Shown here in pieces: positions 25,104-37,100 of a stretch of DNA of 64,000 nt. Source of the DNA: Botryllus schlosseri (taxonomy: Eukaryota); contig CM119372.1 in assembly GCA_051294905.1 (NCBI GenBank), forward strand, positions 28,274,001 through 28,338,000, in the 5' to 3' direction. Both the position numbers and the translations under genes were made by a program. The notes beneath the pieces are model-generated. The model ran no database searches and was not told where the DNA came from. It was given only the letters and a program-made list of their open reading frames with translations. Position 1 is the stretch's first letter. The number at the start of each line of letters is the position of its first letter.

Positions 25104-28100
25104 TTACAAATTGCTTTGCGCCTTCGATTTCGGCGTAGTCATCACATAACGAAGCTCATGCTGAAATTACAGAAAAGAAACTTATTATGATTTTGACATC
25201 GTTTGGTTTATACGATATTCACAACCTTCTCATTCAAGGGGGATGTTTATCTTCCATATGAGTATGTGACCCAGTCAGATACCTTATTGAGTCGTGACGT
25301 GACATCCATACGGCCTGTTTCGAAAACAAATTTGTCTTTCGCTAATCTCTTATCGCCCCTGATTTATTTTACCTGATCTATTCTCTGTCGGCACACTGAA
25401 TAGTGCGCGGTGGTGCCGTTTTTTCGATTTCTGAACCTCTTCCTCAAGAATATCGCTGCATATCGACACGATATCATCTGCCGAAACAAAGCCTGTTGAC
25501 TCTAATCTTCCTAAATTGTAATGTAGCAACAAGATCCGGCTTACCCTGGTCTTGCGTGGAAGTTTCTAAAAATCTCTTACGCATGGCCGATTGTGTGTTG
25601 GGCGTCAACTTATCTTTGACTGAGAATTGCCGAATGGATTTACTCGATTGGACGTAGAACTTTGTCTTGGAACCACTGTGTACCTTGAATTCGCTGAATG
25701 ACTTGAGAAAAATGGGTTGGAATCAGATTCATTTTTATTGAAAGTCTTGTCGATTAAAAATAATACAAGAACCGAGAAAAAAGGCCGTCTAAACCAATTG
25801 TGCTCAAGTCTTACTGGCCGGTTTGCCAAATGTATCTCAATTTGTTCTGAATAGTAAAATGTAAGAGGTTAAGGGCTTGGCCATTAACTAAAGAGATAAA
25901 ACACAAATTTTAATCTCATTTAGAAATTTGAAACGTAATTTAGAATGCTTGCTGACGTGACATAGAGTTCATGGTCTACTCTCGACCTATTTTACATACG
26001 GTAACCATGCTGCTTATGTATTAACAGACTGAATAAAAAAAGTCTCGATTGAGACCAGAGATTAGTGACCAGTAAACAGATGTAATATCCAAGACTGTAA
26101 CAAATGTCTCGTTAAATTAAATTTCCCATTCTTTGCTTTGAGTTGAATACTTTTCTCGTAATTACATTGGGTTGATTTTGATTCTTGAAAGTTTAGACTG
26201 GTTCGCAAGCTGAAAAGGTCGAGAACCACTGGTGTAAACGACTTGGTGGTCCATCAATCAGACTGCCAACTTGGTCTACGAATATGGAAATAATCTTAGA
26301 TAGAATGATGCACAGTACACCTTCTACTCAATGCAAAATATGGCCAACAGAAGTATCAAAAAATGGGCCTGCGATGAAAGGGCATGTTACAGGATGGGGC
26401 ACAGGCCAAGTCGGCGTGTCGAAACCAATCTGACAATTTCAAAACGTATCCTAGAAACTGCTTGAATTTAGACTTGAGTTGTGAGCTTTACCGGGGCACA
26501 GTGACTCGCGTACAAGAGTAGGGCAGGGAAAAATCGATTACCGGTAACTGAGCGAGTCGACTTCGAGTCTAGCATTTCTGGACCATGACTAAAATCAGGG
26601 TTGTAACTAAGTCACAAGGTCAATTTCACTTCCATAGTTTTGACTCAGGTCAAGTCGAGTCCAAGTCAGGGTGCGGAGGGTCGAGTCCGAGTCATAGTAA
26701 TAAGACTCGAGTACGAGTCCAAGTCATAGAGCTCACTTTTTAGTTTCGAGTTCAAGTCTCATTCTTAACAGTTTTTGGCTCTATCATTCATGTACGAGTA
26801 CTAATTGAATACCAATAAGGAGGAACTTGATTAGAATAATTTTTATTAGAAATCACAATGAAATAAGTTTGTCTCGGCCATCCGAGTCTCGAGTCATACG
26901 ACTTGTCATGAATCAATGACTCGAGTACCAGTAGAATCAATACACAAACTTTTCAGAAGGAAAATTGCGCCAGATGCACATCAAATACAAATACATAACT
27001 GATTTTGCATTTATGGACCATGACTAAAATCAGCATTGTAACCAAGTCACAAGGCTCCAAGTCATGCGTCAATCTAATCTCCCTTTTATAGTTTTAACTC
27101 GAGTCAAGTCAAGTCATTTTCAATTCACCTCCGAGTCCAAGTCATGGTATTGGCTGCTCAGTTTCCTGTTGAAGTCTTGTTGAACCCAATTTTTATAACT
27201 CTGTTCAGTGATATCGAATGGTTCGCATTTATAATATATTAATTTACCTCACTTTTAGCAGTTTCTGGAAGCATCTTCAAGTACCAATATCAATAGACGA
27301 AATCCCAATAATGTGGTGACTTTACCATTCTTCAAAATTACAATGAAAGTCTCGAGTCATATGACTTGGTCCAAGTCAAGTCAATACACAGATTGACTCG
27401 AGTCGAGTCATTGCCGTATTTCGAGAAAATGACTCGAGTCATCATGAACATCGTGACTCTAGCCAAGTACAAGTCGAGTAATTTTACGCATTTGAAAAAA
27501 TGACTCCAGTCAAGTCAAGTCACCAAAACTCGAGTCATTAAAACCCTGGCTAAAATACACAAAATTCTTATCCAAAAGCAACAGGCATAACAAATTTGAA
27601 AGTAGACTCTACTGCCTTCACACATGGTTGGTACGTGGTACCCTACCTGTGAGGGAACTTTGAAGGTGTCATTTCTTGAATAATTTTCGGTCTTTTTACG
27701 ATTCCATTCTGTCTTAGTTCTGTCTCTGACTGCTTTTCTCTGAGCACTTGACCCGTCATGTAGCGGCATTCGGGAATAGGACCTCTCACTTTCACCGATC
27801 CGTTTCAATTTGCGTCTACAAACGGATCGCTAATTGACATTTGAAGCCGCGCAGCATGTTGTCGTTAGAGGTGAAGTACTTTCCTTTTTCTAAGCCTACA
27901 TTTACTAATAACTCGAGTGATTATGGTTTTAGACTACATCCAGTTTTCGTTTAGGTCGGTGATTTTCAACCCTTTTGAGAACCATCCGCATTTTTATTTT
28001 TTCAAAATTTCATCTGCACAAACCAACCGAAAATTGTTACACAAAATGAAAATGGGGAGACTTAACGCTTTCTTATTCAAATGTCTAGCAAGTTTATGAA

Positions 28101-31100
28101 TCACTCGTTTGCTGTTGAGTATTTCTAGCAATTTCAGAGCAGTTCGGCAAAAATTCTTGAGTTCTACTTGAGAAGCAACACTGATTACTTTGCCCCTGCC
28201 TTGTGCCCATAACCTATCAGCGGTGCAACAGTGGAACATACCAATAACGAAGCACAAACAAAAAAAATTACAGAAATCATTTCCCAATAAGCGTTGAAAG
28301 ACAGCGATTTATTCTGTTTATCATCTTGATGCAATTATTAATATTTTATTGAAAGAGTATTGCCAGTCCTTTTTACTCTTAACAAGCTTTTCATGGTAAC
28401 GCAGTGGTTCCAAACCTGTGGTACGCTAAGGTCTTCCTGGTGGCACATGAGAAAATTATGTTTTTTCGACCGAAGGGAGTTATTAGTTCAGGTGGGGTTG
28501 ACTTTGAGATTTATGAGGCTGTCGTCATCGTGGGTAGGAGCAATCACACCAATGACAGGCGTACAGGGAAGAGATCTAGTCATAAAGCATTGGGATTCTT
28601 ACCTAACCAAGTTCCGTTTTAATATATTTGACCACCGGAATTACAAATGGAACCACTACAGAAATCATACTGTTCCTCAACACAGTGGAAAAAGTTTTGA
28701 TCGTCTTCGGCGCGCTTAACTTATGTAGGTGGTACGCGAGCGCTGCATACAACCTCGAAACGATACGTGGGTGAAAAAAGGTTGCGAACCAATGTTGTAA
28801 CGCAATCTTGTGACGATTTGAACTTACAAAATTACTAAAAAACTGAAAACTGAGAACAAAATAATTAGTAAATGACGTAGACCCAGAAAGAATGCCAAAA
28901 TCTCATTCAAAACTGGTATTCATGACTTTCCTGCTTAGCGCTCAGCATTACTGGGACAGCAGAGAGGGTGGAGAAGGCTTAGAAAGCCTCGCAAAGCTAT
29001 ATCTGCACCTTCCTTGTCCAGCGGCATATGCACATCATGCACTGAAAGTATGCATATTCAGATATCGTGTGTATGTAAATCACGAGTCGGTGTTTATGCC
29101 GCAAAAACATCTAGGACAAAAACAGTCTATGTCCTATTCCTACTCAATTAAGTATAAACACCAGGAACGATAGCTCGTTGGCGAACTACAGGTTCGAGCG
29201 CATCGGATGACACTAACCGTCCATTTGACGCCGGTGTTTGGAACCGGTCATCTAATGCATACAACTGCCGATCATTTCTTCCCTTCCGCCCGGCCTTTGA
29301 ATACAAATCCGGTTCTCTCTTCCTGTTACAAACTGGCGTCATGGTGGAAGCTTCTCGCGAAGGCGCTGCAAGTGGTCTGATGCATGAGCAAAACACAGGG
29401 TCCTAGCCCGCAGGGCACAGAACAGCCAAAAACGAGTATTTCATACCACATACTCGACTAACTCAGTCATCTAAAGTGGTCATTAACTCAGTAAAGGTGC
29501 GGGCCACTGTTGAGGCGTGGACTGCTGCGACATCATGAGACTGCGATATCAATGCTACTTGGCGTGGCTTCAGATTCACCCCCGATTTTTACAGGAACAA
29601 CACTAAAAGTGTTTTTTTGATCGAAATAGAAATATGTAATTTTGGATGTCTAGAGTTATTTTCTTAAAAAATATGAAATTTGGGTTAAAGTCTATGAATG
29701 CACAATTGCACATGATTTGGTCTTGTTCATTGCGGGTGTCATTGGTATTGAATTGGAAAGTCAATGGACTAAGTCATATTTCTATGTAAATCACACTAAT
29801 CTTGATATTTGGCAGAAATCATCTTTAAGGCATGGATGGGGCACTTGAGGTATGGGTCATTAAACAGGTTCACATATCGGCCAAGGCAAGTGAGTGCACA
29901 CTTATAATACCTGTCATAACACAAATACTCTACCTCGTGGTGTGCTGTTTGCAAATTTCTTTTCAATAAGACTACGATGGTCCTCTTCGCTTTTCAATCT
30001 CAGATTCCGTTCCTTCAAAACATCAACACACACAATTTAACGCAGTGTTCAAACATAAAACGACAATCATTCGGGCTGGGAATAAGCAGGCGAGCCAGCA
30101 TTGAACTTTAAATCATAGCTTGATAGACATCTCTCTATCATTATCACTACTGATTGATATCCATCAGCTTGTTCAATAACATCACCACGACAGTACTATC
30201 TGATTGACTAGTGAGAAACGTATCTGTTTGACATATCTCAAGGTATACCGCTGACGTCACTTCAATGCTAATAATTTCGTTGCCCATCCCAATTTTCTTT
30301 TTCATACCGCTAGCTGTCGATACTCCTAAAGATCAAAACGATCAAATACTAGCCGCTTTTAGCACTAACCGCCAGGAGTAATTCTTGTAGCAGGTTAATT
30401 TGTTTTTGCTGCTGCTGGAACATTTCCATCACCGAGTCGTTCATTCCGGCATCAGTCTTCGTTTCCGACACCCCAACCTTTTTGTCCTGCAGAGGTTAAA
30501 CAGTATTTCTACTTGACAGATTACTCATGCTCTGTGAGTACCGATTCACAATATAGCATGAAGTAGAAAATCCCTCAGGTACATAGCCGATAAAAGCTGA
30601 GCACCTCCAATGCCAACAAATAAGCCTATGTGTATTTTTTATGTTACCATATCAAATTGATAGCTCACACTCCTATCCATCATATTCAATTTAATCGGAG
30701 GTATCTGCAAAATGTATGTAATACAATATCAGACATTATTACCACACTGAGAATTCCAGTAGGCCTATATTTTGTTGTAAAACTTCATTTTATTTATTTA
30801 TTCCAATATTAATATATAGGACATATGATACGGGTAATCTAATATCCTCGTAACTTCTCGATTGCCTGTACCACCATGATAATTGGATATAGGTTCATTT
30901 AGGTATATACTATACTCAACTAGAAGTAGAAATTGATTGGAGTTGGCTATTTTCCAAATTACAGCGTATATCTTAGTGACTAATGCAACATGACGAATGA
31001 TACCACAAATTTGTTGCAAATTTCGAAAAGATACCCATTTGCCTTGATATAGGGGCTATTCCGCACAGCTCTCATGACAATGTCACTTATGAAAACGAGG

Positions 31101-34100
31101 GAAACATACCCCAACACTACTATCCAATTTACTAAAATTCAAATCGCAAGAAGCGTAGCCCAAGCAAGTGGTTTTGCCTGAAGGACTATTAAGTAGAATT
31201 GGATGTACTCCAAACACATAACCACTTGCGTGAACAGTGCAAGTGGGCCAAAACTAATTGAGTTCTTCGTTCAATCAATCGGTTTTATTAATATTTTCAT
31301 CATTTCAAAATACCACAAAACTGCGATACAATGAAAAAAGATAGGAAAGTGTCGAAACTTGTAGTAGAGTCTTTGGGATCAGGACACCCACCTTGGCCTA
31401 GGCCAGTGGTTCCCAACTTTTTTCGACTCATCGCCCCCTTTTCAAGCTAAACGCCACTCATCGCCCCCCAGATTTTGTGAACCGAAAAATCGGTATACAA
31501 TCCGGGTTGACTAAAAAAAAAAAAGGTCAATTTCTCGGCTCGTTGTCGAATTTTACACTTTTGCCACTAAATTTCCGTGGGTTGACTAAAAAAAAGGTCA
31601 TTTCTCTGTCTTCACTCCAATATAGCCGTTTTAACGCGTCATCGACTCTCTATCGCCCCCTTCGCTATTTTCGCCCCCTTTGTCCATTTTCGCTCCCTAG
31701 GGGGCGATATCGCCCACGTTGGAAACCACTGGCCTAGGCGAAGTACAGAAGAGGCATGCGCAGTGAATGAAAAGTAAAGCAGAGAATATAAAAGGCAAGC
31801 GACAAAATGAGGGGCATGTGGCGGAAGACGAGATCGATGTTACGTCGTGGTCCGGTAAACCTGAAAGCTGACCAGTTACTCACTACCTCTGACCACTTCT
31901 CTATGGGGTAACATTATAACATACACTACTAAAACTGACATACCTGTAAAACATCTTGTGGTGCTGACTCTGAATCTTCATCCATATCCGAATCACTCTC
32001 ACTCGAAGAACCATCAGTTTTCAAAGAAGTACAAGCAGGTTCGTCTTAACACAATTCACGACTCAGGGAATAGCTCACGAAATCATAAAATGAGATTCTA
32101 ACCTTGGTGCTTATCCAAACAAAAACCAAGCAGGTGCGCGGCTACCTTATTGAAATACGCGTCTCCATCGATTTCGTTCATCAGCCGTACGATACAAGAG
32201 GCTGTGTTTTCCCGTGAGAGAAGTTTGCGGCACTGTTCTGTTGAACGCATGACCGTATTGGGCAAGATATTGGTTTCAAACAACGCGGTACCTACCGGAA
32301 TCGTTGGCACACTTTGTTAGAATTGTCAACGCTTGATTCAAATGGCAAATCCCTAACGATCGTGCTGGATTGGATTCCGAGTTCAGCAGTGATATAAATA
32401 TTGAGAGACCGCCCAGTTTTTGAAATCTCGTGCAGTATTCGCCTTCAAGATATAAATACATCTGTTGGCACAAATTTGTGTCTCGGTAGCTTCAACACCT
32501 TATTCAACGTCCACTTACGAATTGATAATCTTATTGGTTCCACCGAATTAGCGTAGAGGGTCTAAACCAGTGCTTCTCAAACTTTTTTTAGACACCTCCC
32601 CGCCCCCGTTATGAAAGTGAACAATTTTGCGCCTTCCTTATCGTCATACCACAAAATGCAACCAGAATGCTAGCAATCCCAACATATAGTTTGATGGCAT
32701 GGAAGATTTCTCAAATATGGAATCCGCACTCTACTCAGAGAAATAACTATGAATTGTAGGTAAATCGTGCCGAACGCGAAAAAAGATTGTTGACCGCATC
32801 TTCGCGTCCTTCTTCAGATGCTTTCACGTTCCCCAAGGGGGCCTAAATGGTCACCGATGGTACTCAAGCACTTGGCTTTCTCTTCCATTTCATTACTATT
32901 GGTATACTTGTAGGCCAAGGTTGATTCGCTAATTTGTTTATTTAGAAATTCCATCATTTCCAGACACCGCAAGATTGCGAAGTGATGAAAAGATCGGAAG
33001 GTGTTGACGCATGATAGCAGAATGTGGTGGCTTTCCGGAGAAAATGGCTTGCTGACTGAATGTATGAGTCAAGCGAGATAGTGTAATGGCGATGCGTCCG
33101 GCTTCTCGATCAGTAGGTCGTGGGTCCGATTCCTGGCCGGGTCGGATTAAAGACTCGAAAACTGGTATCCGCAGCTATGCCGCTAGGCACTAAGCATTCA
33201 CAGACAGCATGGAGGAGACAAAAATGGGGGTGCATACTAGGTGACCATACGGTCATATCGCATCTCTGTAGTCAAAGCTTCTTGATGGTGCGGGCGAAAA
33301 ATAATATCATCTCACTCTCTCTCTCCACTGAAATTTACACCAGGACGATAAGCAATTTTTTGCTTCAATTAGTTAAGAGATTAAAATGAAAAAGCAGTCT
33401 AGAACAACGCATCGTAGACTTTTAATTGTTGAACGGCTGTGGAATTGGAGTCAGATTTGCGATTAGGAGTCTTATTGAGACAGCCAGGAGTGATTTGGGA
33501 TTTTAGTGCAAAATCTGAACACGAGGACATGAAGTGGAAGCAGCACCGTAACTGCCGCACCCCAAACCCCTAAATTGGGGGGGGCCCGAGCTCAAAAGGG
33601 GCCCCAAATTATTTCGTGAATTAGCATAAATTATAGAGTATTTTTTGAAAATGTATGCAATTTTTTCCAAAAATTTTCGCGCTGCGCGCGATTTAAAGCT
33701 GCCAAATATCTTCATTATTTGGTGCTCTTCCCCTAAGAAAAAAATGCAAGATTTATAGAAATGGACATATCGGCGTTGGCCATTAACACGCCACTACGCA
33801 CTAAGATATATAATGATTTAGGACTTATTGCATGCGACTCCAAGAAGTGTGCCAGAACGATCGGCAGCGCGAAAAGCTTGGCCGAAACGGACTGCCCTTA
33901 CGCAGACCGAAAACTTCGTTATATATACAAAATAATAGGTTTAATTGTCCATAGGCGCCTAAATGACTGGCGCCATATGTTGCTGTCTTGGCAATCTGAA
34001 CCTCAGAAGACAAATACCATCCAGCAGGAAAAAAATATATGCCAGTGAAGAAATACCAATTTGAAATCATGTGCGTCTTTTAGTTTAGTACGTTTGAGCG

Positions 34101-37100
34101 ATTCTATATTTTTGATATAGCAGACAGGAGGTCACGAAATAAAATCACGTTATGAAGTCATACCAACGGGTCCGCCCGCCCGAACATGTTTAATTAATTA
34201 TTATTTACGGGCCCTAAAGTTTCCGGTAAATCTGATAACGTGAGCAGAGAGGACGATATACTGATAGCAATATATATGCAATTCCCGATCTTATTGGCCG
34301 ATTGTATCATGACTTATCGAAAATTTTCGCGCTTCGAGCTGGCTCACTAAACAGTGAAGCTAATTTCTTGGCAAAAGCGAACACTGTGATGAGGGGTCGG
34401 TTAATCACCCTATGAGAACCCCAAACCCAAGTTTTTATGTGGGGGGGGGCTGACGAAGTGCTGTTTCGTTCCTGCCAACGGGAATACGGCCGAAGATGTC
34501 TAATTATTATTGGGCGGTCCTACGTTTTAAAACAGACTTCGCTCAGCTCTACCGGTAAATCTGATTACGTGAGCAGAGAGAGGCTCCAAATTGATAGCAA
34601 TATATATGTAATTCCCGATCATATTGCCCGATTACATTCTTGAATTACTGAAATTTTTCGCGCTTCGCGCGTCTAAGTGGGAAAAGCTGTGTCACCTAAC
34701 GGATATCCAATGGAGATGTGAAATAGCATAAAAAAAGCGGATAGCGAAAGGGGGGTCTGGTGGGCGAAGCCCCCCAGAAGTTAGGTTTATCACCCCATGG
34801 GGGGCCCGAAACGAACGTTTTGGGGGGGGCCTGACGAAGTGCTGTTACGGCCCTGAGTGGAAGACTTGGACAACTAGAAAATTTTCAATACCACATTTTA
34901 ATACACTGCTGCAAATATATGTCCATCACAAAGTAATGTCTTGCTGAAGTGAACTCTTTCTTCGTTACTAGTGAAGGCCTATTTCCTCTACCTCACCACT
35001 ATGCTATCTGTGTCAGTAAATATATACAATAAGGCATGGGCAAAAAAACATATCTCACCCTTATCGGCAATCAAACTGCTCACGGCTGTGATGATATTCC
35101 CCACAATTTCCGTTTCGCCGTGTCGACTTGCCCACGACTGTAGAAGGAGAATGAATACTTCCACCCCTCGTGCTTTGAAGGCAATACTCTGACAATGTTC
35201 TAAAATATGATATATCCGTATTGCTGTATATTGGAACGTTTAAATTCCACAATGCATCTACCACCCCCTGATTTGGTGCTTCGTACCACCAAGGGGTCTG
35301 TGGATCCTCAGTTAAGAACCTGTCATGTAGATGTTGTGGAATAAACAGTCGTGTTTGGATCACTTTGTCACACTTACTGAATTGAAAGTGTCATGACGAA
35401 GGGTGAATGATGACTTTGTATGCTGGCATGAGATTGAAACGCTTAAAATTGCGCCCATTTTAGTCACCATCAGTCATTTGCATTGGTATATTAGATGCAT
35501 CTTGCAATTTGAACTCTGTTACCTTTCTACTTTCACCTGAATATGGCACTTACTTGATCTTCATCAAGTCAAGTAGAAGGTACTTTACAGGTACGTTTGC
35601 ATAATTTTACAAGTGAAATCGTCATCACGACAAGCAATTTTACCCATAATATATCACAACAACAGAACACCATTTGGATCACATCACATTTATTTGTGGC
35701 ATCATTTGCCATTTCGCATTGGAAACAATGGTGAATCTTGCAATTTTGAAAGCTGTTACAATCTACTTTTGCAAACTACTTACTTGAATAATATTGAAAC
35801 CTTGTGCATTTGACTTTTACTTATGACATGTAATTATGCCATGAATTGAAAATCTATACTTCTACTTGTAACCAAGTAGAAATTTACAGTGTTGCATATA
35901 TGTGTTCTTGAGTAGCATGAATGACTACTTTGACTGGGTCCTACGATTGCCAACGTCCTGACTTCCATGTACTCGCGAAAGCTGATAGCCAACCGAATAT
36001 CTTACCGTTGTTTGAGACTACCGCAGAAAACAGCTGACAGGATTGCAAAATGACGTTCTTATCTCCCTTGGATTCGTATAAAACGGTAACGATATGCGGT
36101 ACGTATTGTGCGCATTGCCGCTGATTTTGCACTGAATTATATAGAAAAGTTAGCAAAAAGAACAAAGACAAATATATCTAATTTACCATTCTGCGGCAGA
36201 GCCAAAGAAAGTTTCAAGGCTTTGCACGATAAGAGCCAGAGGTCGCCGCCTTGTTTTTCCGCGGAAATTCGGCAATTGGATAAAAATTTTATTTTTTTCC
36301 TAAAAAAATCGATGATTATTACTGAGGTTATGCCTTGAACGGCATTGATTGCCTACATATATATTCGCAGGAGACTTTGCAGGCAGCCCGTAGTAAGCAT
36401 TAGGTCTTGTGCAGAAACTGTAAGTACAAAGCTTGATCAAAACACAGCTGCACTGCGAGCAAGTCGCTAAGGCTGTTCTCTGAAAAGTACACAAATCCAA
36501 CATGCTCATGCTCAGTAATAGGATGGAGTGAAAAATTTTGAATTTCAAAACGGACATTTGAAATGTGGTGCCAAATATCAAAAAAATAATTTCTATAATA
36601 ATTCAGGGCTCGTGCACCCTCTAGTGGTCATGCAATTTCACCGAACGTGCCAAAAATAGCTAATTTCGCTATATATTGATAGCCGCTTACGCTAGTAAGC
36701 TGATTTTGGGCTTAAAAGATGGGGAACCAACAGGCTTCTAACTCACTTCCACAGAGCCTTGTCTTAAAAATGAACGTAAGAAAGTTACAAGCAAATTATT
36801 GATTTTTAGACCGTTTTTCGGTAAAATTAGGCACTGAAGCAGTGGGTACGATGCCAAAAGCATGTAGTGATTGATCTTATGACTGACAACTCCATATTGA
36901 AAGCACATAAATTGCAAATCCATATTGAAAACACAAAAACATCAATTCTATATTGAAAAAAGATATCTTTCGAAGATGGTTTCACTACCAGAGTACCAGT
37001 CTGTACAAACTTTAAAATCTTGTTTCGTAACAAAGAATTTCATCTGCTTTTGAGACTTCAGTTTTTGTCTGATGAGGCCATCTCTACGCTTAAATCCCGA

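Noticed and set aside
27994..28287. 97-aa minus-strand ORF as an additional TERB1 exon
   Set aside because: The flanking exons already join in phase, the donor is weak and there is no recognisable homology. It cannot be excluded without RNA data.
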